From a virus (Duplodnaviria; Caudoviricetes), in the IMG/VR virus record IMGVR_UViG_3300019093_001482, positions 1-60,741 of that record: a stretch of DNA of 60,741 bases. One strand, written 5' to 3'. Positions 55,284 to 60,741 of this stretch are shown one piece after another. Each line of letters opens with the position of its first letter. Within the stretch, counting starts at the first letter, position 1. The position numbers and the translations under genes are program-made. Below the pieces are notes generated by a model. It did not search any database. It had not been told where the DNA came from and was given only the letters and a program-made list of their open reading frames with translations.

Positions 55284-56225
55284 ATGAGCAAAAAACAACC
55301 AAAATCTGGCAAACCGGCCTTTAATGTCGATGAAAACGGCTATGGCAGCCTGCCAGCCTTCGAGCATTTCATGCTTCCTGAAGAAGATCTGGCACCAGGT
55401 GCCGTCATCGATGGCAACGAAATTTACATCCTGCGCCTGGTCGACGACAAAGCCAACGAAGCCCTTGCAGTTACCTGGGTAGAAGGTGATCCGAATGTTT
55501 CAAGCTGGATCCCATCAGCACCGGAAGGCGATGATTGGGCACTTTCGGCCATATGTGAAAGCGACGATGGTCCATTTGCGGTATTTGCACGCCCTACTGG
55601 CGATGTGCAGCCGAACGCCCGAGCTTATGCGCAGGAATTCCTACTTGGAGCACTGATCAAGGCAGCGACAAAGCACCTCAAAACACTTTCAAAGTCTTGG
55701 TTCGAGATGACAGAAGGCGAACAGAAACGCGTCCTAGAATATGTTCACCGGGATTGCCGCGAGGCAGTGCGTGATGCAATCGACATCATCGCATCCAATG
55801 GCCGCATGACTTTTACCGCAGCAGTTGACCAAGTAGTTTTCAAAGACGGTGTCAAAGCTGTTCTCTCTCTCGCCAAAGGACCATTTGCGCACAGCCTGGC
55901 GGACGCAGAAGGTTCATTTGTCACTATCGTTATCGAAGAACGTTCAGTCTTGCTGCAAGAAGGTGACGCTCTCACTGTCGAAAAAGATCAAAAGCCGCTC
56001 TTCGAACAGGAAGCCTCCGATGATGATGGAAGTGACCCCTACTTTGACATGGCAGTTGCAGCCGTCCGCAAGCATGACAAACCGAGCATTTCGTTCCTGC
56101 AGCGCCAGCTTGAAGTCGGCTACAACCGCGCTGCCAGGCTCCTGGAAGCAATGGAGCTGGATGGCATTGTCACGCCAATGGACGCAGGCGGCAAGCGCCT
56201 TGTTGTTGAACCTGAGGCGGCATGA
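55284..56225 (+). CDS. Phage protein with C-terminal FtsK gamma (wHTH) domain
   Basis: DPYFDMAV…SISFLQRQLEVGYNRAARLLEAME..GIV. Confidence 0.85.
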   Translation: MSKKQPKSGKPAFNVDENGYGSLPAFEHFMLPEEDLAPGAVIDGNEIYILRLVDDKANEALAVTWVEGDPNVSSWIPSAPEGDDWALSAICESDDGPFAVFARPTGDVQPNARAYAQEFLLGALIKAATKHLKTLSKSWFEMTEGEQKRVLEYVHRDCREAVRDAIDIIASNGRMTFTAAVDQVVFKDGVKAVLSLAKGPFAHSLADAEGSFVTIVIEERSVLLQEGDALTVEKDQKPLFEQEASDDDGSDPYFDMAVAAVRKHDKPSISFLQRQLEVGYNRAARLLEAMELDGIVTPMDAGGKRLVVEPEAA

Positions 56226-56377
56226 CGATCATCAGCAAAGACCGCATCAAACGCGAATACCGGAACATCGCCCAGCATGAACCGCCTGACAAGGCGGTTC
56301 AGTGGACAGCCGAGAAACTGGGAATCCCAGTCGTCTGGGTGACCGAAACAATCAACGATCAGGAGCAAGCATCATGA
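56222..56377 (+). CDS. 51-aa hypothetical protein (not in ORF track)
   Basis: ATGA overlaps at both ends; MTIISKDRIKREYRNIAQ…. Confidence 0.55.
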   Translation: MTIISKDRIKREYRNIAQHEPPDKAVQWTAEKLGIPVVWVTETINDQEQAS

Positions 56378-56682
56378 GAGCAATAACATTTGGAAGTGGC
56401 ACAGCCGGCCCAGTTGCCCAAGAAAAAACCACTTTCGCCAAAGCATCACAGGCTGCGTCAAAGATCGAACGCAACAATCTGTTGAATGAAGTAATGAAAC
56501 GCACCGAGGTCAAGAATGATCGCGCTTTGGCTAAAGCGCTGGAAGTGGCGCCGCCAGTCATCAGCAAGATCCGTCATGGACGTTTGCCAGTGGGTGCAAC
56601 GCTGGCAGTAAGCATGCATGAAGCAGCTGATATTTCGATCGCTGAAATTACCAGCATTTTGGCTGGCAACGCGTCTGCATGA
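56374..56682 (+). CDS. XRE-like HTH protein
   Basis: KNDRALAKALEVAPPVISKIRHGRLPVGA; AGGAG SD; ATGA coupling. Confidence 0.75.
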   Translation: MRAITFGSGTAGPVAQEKTTFAKASQAASKIERNNLLNEVMKRTEVKNDRALAKALEVAPPVISKIRHGRLPVGATLAVSMHEAADISIAEITSILAGNASA

Positions 56683-58100
56683 ATTGGGAAGAAACAAATG
56701 ACATGGCTATACATTCCATCGAACTCTTTGCAGGTGTCGGCATGCTCGGCGAAAGTGTCGCAGCAGGACTTAAGTACCTGGGCTATGAACATCGCACCGT
56801 TTGCTACATTGAGCGGGAAGCTCACGCTGCCAGCGTCCTGGTTGCGCGCATGGAAGAAGGATCGCTGGACAAGGCACCTATCTGGTCTGATGTTACCAGC
56901 TTCGATGCGAAACGCTTCAGTGGAAGAGTGGCTGGCATCATTGCCGGATTCCCATGTCAAGACATCTCCATTGCTGGCGCAAGATCGGGGCTCGATGGAG
57001 AACGCAGCGGACTCTTCTTTGCCATCCCTCCAATTGCCGATGATTGCGGTGCGAATTGGATGTTTTTGGAGAACGTCAGTGCCATCGCTTCTGCCACCGC
57101 CACCGTTGTGGACGAAGAAGAAGGAGAACTTGAAGAACGGGCGGCCGCCAGAGTCCTGGGAGAACTGGCCGACCTCGGGTGGAATGCGGAATGGCTCACT
57201 GTTTCCGCGTCAGATGTGGGCGCCAGCCATGGGCGCGCAAGATGGTTCTGCCTCGCGTGGCGCATGGATGACACCTTGCGTGCCAACTGGCGGACGGATA
57301 GTTTCACCCGAGTTGGTGGCCAGCAAAGGAATGACCAAAGAAGGCGAGAAAAGAACAGTGGGATTGGAGTCTCAATCGCGACATTGGGCCACTCCGCAGG
57401 CAAGGGATTCAAAGAATCCGGATTTGGCAGCAAGCGGCAACTATCAACGAAAACTTGCAATTGGATACACCATAGACCTCAACTCACAGGCGGCAAACTG
57501 GGCAACTCCAGATTGCAATACGTCCACATACAGCAATGGGAAATTTGGCCCAAACATACGCCAGCAAGCTGCGAACTGGACAACACCATGCGCCTCAGAT
57601 GGCACAAGAGCTGGAACAATCACATCGGACATGAATGGCAGCTCGTTGACGCAGCAAGTGAACTCACTCACGAACTGGCCGACTCCCAAAGCAAGCGATA
57701 CGGAAAGAGGAGTTTGCCCTTCCGAATCAAGAAGGAACAGCCCGAGTCTGCTGCAAGTTGTCTCGACATGGCCTACTCCAGCGGCCCGGGATGGCAAGGG
57801 TACCAACTCAGAGGTACATACGACGATTACAGGCACAGGACGAAAGCATATGGACCAATTAGCGAACTTCGTAGCTTTTTCGCCCCTGGTCCAACCGATC
57901 ATGAGTGGCAACGAATCATTAGCGAAAACCCAGAACTCGCCCCGGCACTTGAACCCGCTTTTCGCAGCATGGTTAATGGGCTGGCCTTCAACATGGGTGA
58001 TAGCAGAGCCGCACGCCTTAAGTGCGTCGGCAACGGAGTTGTGGCGCTCCAGGCTGCAGCAGCATTTGTTGTCCTTGCTCGGCGCGCCAATTTATTTTGA
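56679..58100 (+). CDS. C5-cytosine DNA methyltransferase, catalytic polypeptide
   Basis: Motif I LFAGVG, IV GFPCQDIS, VI LENV, VIII HGRARWF, X RLKCVGNGVV; motif IX not evident in this frame. Confidence 0.9.
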   Translation: MNWEETNDMAIHSIELFAGVGMLGESVAAGLKYLGYEHRTVCYIEREAHAASVLVARMEEGSLDKAPIWSDVTSFDAKRFSGRVAGIIAGFPCQDISIAGARSGLDGERSGLFFAIPPIADDCGANWMFLENVSAIASATATVVDEEEGELEERAAARVLGELADLGWNAEWLTVSASDVGASHGRARWFCLAWRMDDTLRANWRTDSFTRVGGQQRNDQRRREKNSGIGVSIATLGHSAGKGFKESGFGSKRQLSTKTCNWIHHRPQLTGGKLGNSRLQYVHIQQWEIWPKHTPASCELDNTMRLRWHKSWNNHIGHEWQLVDAASELTHELADSQSKRYGKRSLPFRIKKEQPESAASCLDMAYSSGPGWQGYQLRGTYDDYRHRTKAYGPISELRSFFAPGPTDHEWQRIISENPELAPALEPAFRSMVNGLAFNMGDSRAARLKCVGNGVVALQAAAAFVVLARRANLF

Positions 58101-58113
58101 TGGTGCAGCATGA
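56698..58113 (+). CDS. Overlapping +1-frame methyltransferase partner polypeptide with WxTP repeats
   Basis: 471 codons open; six W[AMPT]TP modules; C-terminal LNPLFAAWLMGWPSTW; stop ATGA-coupled to the next gene. Confidence 0.7.
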   Translation: MTWLYIPSNSLQVSACSAKVSQQDLSTWAMNIAPFATLSGKLTLPASWLRAWKKDRWTRHLSGLMLPASMRNASVEEWLASLPDSHVKTSPLLAQDRGSMENAADSSLPSLQLPMIAVRIGCFWRTSVPSLLPPPPLWTKKKENLKNGRPPESWENWPTSGGMRNGSLFPRQMWAPAMGAQDGSASRGAWMTPCVPTGGRIVSPELVASKGMTKEGEKRTVGLESQSRHWATPQARDSKNPDLAASGNYQRKLAIGYTIDLNSQAANWATPDCNTSTYSNGKFGPNIRQQAANWTTPCASDGTRAGTITSDMNGSSLTQQVNSLTNWPTPKASDTERGVCPSESRRNSPSLLQVVSTWPTPAARDGKGTNSEVHTTITGTGRKHMDQLANFVAFSPLVQPIMSGNESLAKTQNSPRHLNPLFAAWLMGWPSTWVIAEPHALSASATELWRSRLQQHLLSLLGAPIYFDGAA

Positions 58114-58562
58114 TGAAACACGACAAGACTCCATGGAACCCATCAAAGACGGCTACAGCCAGGGTTAGGAATCCACTGCCAGCGCCAACCAAGTGCCCGT
58201 TCTGTGATCAATGCACAGTAAAAATCGTTCATCACGACTATGTATATGGTCGGGTGTACGGTGAATGGCCATGGGTCTACATGTGCAAGGCATGCTGGGC
58301 GTACGTTGGCATTCACCCATTCACGAATATCCCGCTAGGCACACTCGCCGATGGCGCACTCAGAAAGGCAAGGAAGAACTGCAAAGATCCGTTTGAGCAG
58401 ATTTACTTGTCTAAAAAGATGACACGCGACGAAGCGTACATGGGCCTAGCTGAGCATTTCGGCATCCCCAAAGAGGAATGCCATTTCGGCTGGTTCAACA
58501 TTGAACAGTGCGAAATGGCGCGCGCCTGGTCTGTTGAAGTATTGAAAGGAGTTGCAGCGTGA
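58110..58562 (+). CDS. DUF3268-like zinc-finger protein
   Basis: CPFC…YMCKACWAYVGIHP.T..PLGTLAD..LR…CHFGWF. Confidence 0.85.
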   Translation: MMKHDKTPWNPSKTATARVRNPLPAPTKCPFCDQCTVKIVHHDYVYGRVYGEWPWVYMCKACWAYVGIHPFTNIPLGTLADGALRKARKNCKDPFEQIYLSKKMTRDEAYMGLAEHFGIPKEECHFGWFNIEQCEMARAWSVEVLKGVAA

Positions 58563-58756
58563 CTTTATTGAGCTCGATCATGGAGCAAGTTGATTGCATC
58601 TTTGGTGGCAATTTCAACGGCGCGCCAAATCTCGCCAATTTCAGAGGAGGAATCAACGGGTTTTTAGACTGTGATTTTGAAGCACTACTTTACTGCTGGG
58701 GCCGACTGTGGTCGGCTATACCCATCGATCTCACGCGCTTTAGATTAATGCAGATA

Positions 58757-58993
58757 TCAAAATTCGAATTGAGAAACGTATTCAGTCGCCTTTTTACGAG
58801 CTGCAGAAATAGCCTCTGCTTCGGTATCAAAGGACTCCGTTTGATAGGGACTGTCAGTGCCTTCAGATTCCCCTTCAATGGAATGATTGACATAGCCAAC
58901 AAATTTATTCAAAGGCGTTTTCATTACCGAAATGCTGAAAACGTGTTTTCGAACTATGAATTCAGAAGTGTTCATTTTTTGTACTTCTTCCAT
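58757..58993 (-). CDS. Hypothetical moron protein
   Basis: AT-rich antisense insertion, paired with 58972..59220. Confidence 0.5.
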   Translation of the reverse strand: MEEVQKMNTSEFIVRKHVFSISVMKTPLNKFVGYVNHSIEGESEGTDSPYQTESFDTEAEAISAARKKATEYVSQFEF

Positions 58994-59220
58994 AAGTCGC
59001 CTTGGAAAAGCATTTCATTCAAAGCAATTTGGTTCATCGCTATTAGCTTTGCAGTTTCAACTACAAACTCTGGTGTCATCCGCTCTAAATTATTAGGAAA
59101 CCTATTTTTTAATAACACAATCGCCGCGTCCAGCTGAGCTCCAGAGTAATCAGTAGCTAACTGAATTACTTTGTCCTGGTCGTTTGGTAGAGCCTTGACA
59201 GTAAGAATCAACTTAATCAC
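58972..59220 (-). CDS. Hypothetical moron protein
   Basis: GTG start after GAAG; AT-rich. Confidence 0.5.
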   Translation of the reverse strand: MIKLILTVKALPNDQDKVIQLATDYSGAQLDAAIVLLKNRFPNNLERMTPEFVVETAKLIAMNQIALNEMLFQGDLWKKYKK

Positions 59221-59440
59221 CTTCTATTATTTAAATGAAAATACATTATAACACTTTAATAGATAATAAAAATACATTTGAAAAATCTACGGCGCTCAAT
59301 AAATGGTGCGGTAAGACCTACACCCGACAGTTCACGCCGGCACAAGTCGACATACGGCGCACAGATCCACACATGATCGCACTGTATGGGAACGGAACAA
59401 GTAACCGTAATCCAAACAACGAAATATCAGGAGGTTGAAT

Positions 59441-59620
59441 ATGAATTCAATTACACCACGCTATATCACCCTGCAGGAATGGGCGGTAATCATGTTCTCA
59501 AAGGTGCCGCACAATAACACCCTCCTTCGATGGGCAAACGAAGGAAGAATACAGCCGCAACCAAAGAAAATTGGACGTGTTTGGCGAGTAAAGCCAAATG
59601 CAGAGTACAAGGAAGACTAA
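59441..59620 (+). CDS. xis: Excisionase
   Basis: YITLQEWA…TLLRWANEGRIQPQPKKIGRVWRV (lambda Xis-like); GGAGG SD. Confidence 0.9.
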   Translation: MNSITPRYITLQEWAVIMFSKVPHNNTLLRWANEGRIQPQPKKIGRVWRVKPNAEYKED

Positions 59621-59625
59621 GAGTT

Positions 59626-60741
59626 ATGGGACGAAAAAGATCAGCAAAAAACCGCAGCTTCCCGCCAAATCTCTATCAAAATTCGGCGGGTTATTTCTTC
59701 TTCATCAATCCTACCAACAAGAAATCCAAAGGATTAGGCACAGACAAGGCGAAAGCCTTTACTGAAGCCAGGGCGGCCAATGCCGTGCTGGCAACCATGA
59801 AAAAGACGGTGCTCGCAGACTGGGTATCTGGAAAGCAGGATTATTCTCTAGCCGACTGGATCCCGCTATACAAAGACCTCTGGATAGGTAAAACCGACCC
59901 AGCCGAGAAAACGACGCTGCGCAATGCCACCGGCTACCTGAACCGCATTGCCTCAGCTGATTTTGCCTGGATGAAGCTGACGCAGATCAACACTGCCCAC
60001 ATCGCAAAATTCATAGGCGAAATCGAAAAAGAAAGTGGATCTGCCACCGCAAAAAATCTGCGAGCCAGACTGAGCGATGTTTTCAGGTATGCGGAGAACC
60101 AGGGCCTCATCGATTCAGGCAAAAATCCAGTAACCGCCACCTATACGCCAACAAGAAAAGTGTTGCGCGAACGTTTGAGCATTGAACAATTTTTCGCCAT
60201 TCGAAAGCACGCAGCGACGTGGGTACAACGTGCAATGGACTTGGCGCTACTCACCGGGCAACGCCGGGAAGACATCTGCAACATGAAGTTCGCCGACTCA
60301 AAGGATGGCTATTTGTTTATTGTCCAGGGGAAGTCCGGCGGTGAAATGCGCTTGCAGCAAGACTTACAGATTCGCCTCGATGCATTGAACATGACAATAG
60401 GTGATGCAGTTCAAAACTGCCGGGACATGATTATCAGCCGGCACATGATTCATCAGACTTCACACTGGGGAGCATCCAAGCCAGGCAAACAGATTTCACC
60501 CAACGGACTATCTAATGCTTTCCAGGCGGCCCGAGAAGCAGCCGGGATTGTCGCAACGGAAGGAAGGACGCCGCCCTCTTTCCATGAAATAAGATCGCTG
60601 TCGGAGAGGCTATACCGGGAACAGTACGGAAAAGAGTTTGCACAGGCAATGTTAGGTCATAAAAACGAGAAGATGACCAACGAATATGACGACATGCGCG
60701 GTAAGGGCTATCAAGTTATTTCAGCAAAATCACAGAAATAA
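59626..60741 (+). CDS. int: Lambda-like tyrosine integrase
   Basis: MGRKRS…PPNLY arm-binding domain, TGQRRED, FHEIRSLS, LGH…Y; real start is ATG 59626. Confidence 0.95.
   Translation: MGRKRSAKNRSFPPNLYQNSAGYFFFINPTNKKSKGLGTDKAKAFTEARAANAVLATMKKTVLADWVSGKQDYSLADWIPLYKDLWIGKTDPAEKTTLRNATGYLNRIASADFAWMKLTQINTAHIAKFIGEIEKESGSATAKNLRARLSDVFRYAENQGLIDSGKNPVTATYTPTRKVLRERLSIEQFFAIRKHAATWVQRAMDLALLTGQRREDICNMKFADSKDGYLFIVQGKSGGEMRLQQDLQIRLDALNMTIGDAVQNCRDMIISRHMIHQTSHWGASKPGKQISPNGLSNAFQAAREAAGIVATEGRTPPSFHEIRSLSERLYREQYGKEFAQAMLGHKNEKMTNEYDDMRGKGYQVISAKSQK

Larger units (their letters stand above)
1866..60741. mobile_element. Temperate prophage: Bcep22-like podovirus virion module with lambdoid immunity, recombination and integration modules
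   Basis: Continuous set of terminase, portal, capsid, tail, lysis, replication, cro/cI, recT, xis and int genes. The left boundary is uncertain (1..1541 may be moron or host) and att sites are not seen. Confidence 0.93.

Noticed and set aside
58559-59137. 192-aa plus-strand ORF
   Set aside because: Phe/Ser-rich sequence typical of an antisense shadow of the two minus-strand ORFs, although its GTGA overlap means it is not fully excluded.
59530-59625. N-terminal extension of the integrase in the ORF track
   Set aside because: It overlaps xis out of frame; lambda-type integrases begin at MGRKR (59626).

Overview
The window is essentially one temperate prophage of about 60 kb. The minus strand (about 46.6 kb down to 1.9 kb) carries cro/cII and replication genes followed by a Bcep22-like podovirus virion module: terminases, portal, scaffold, CsrA-like protein, N4-gp56-type capsid, adaptors, fibres, an embedded lysis trio, ejection proteins and a giant polyvalent LPD/PLxRFG protein. 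The plus strand (46.7 kb to the end) carries cI, accessory cargo, RecT/YqaJ recombination genes, a C5 methyltransferase, xis and int. The host is probably a betaproteobacterium, possibly Oxalobacteraceae (inference). The att sites are not visible because the window ends at the int stop. Highlights: (1) a 2.4 kb cassette bounded by imperfect inverted repeats and TA dinucleotides, carrying three proteins almost free of Lys/Arg plus a group II intron 3' end; (2) a methyltransferase written in two fully overlapping frames, the second carrying WxTP repeats; (3) a CsrA-like gene with GGA-loop hairpins in the capsid, scaffold and ejection-gene leaders; (4) a G8 tract that splits a roughly 2795-aa polyvalent protein; (5) two candidate defence morons (HEPN-like/STAND/TPR, and two membrane proteins plus an Mrr-like nuclease). 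All family calls come from motif recognition by eye; no searches were run.
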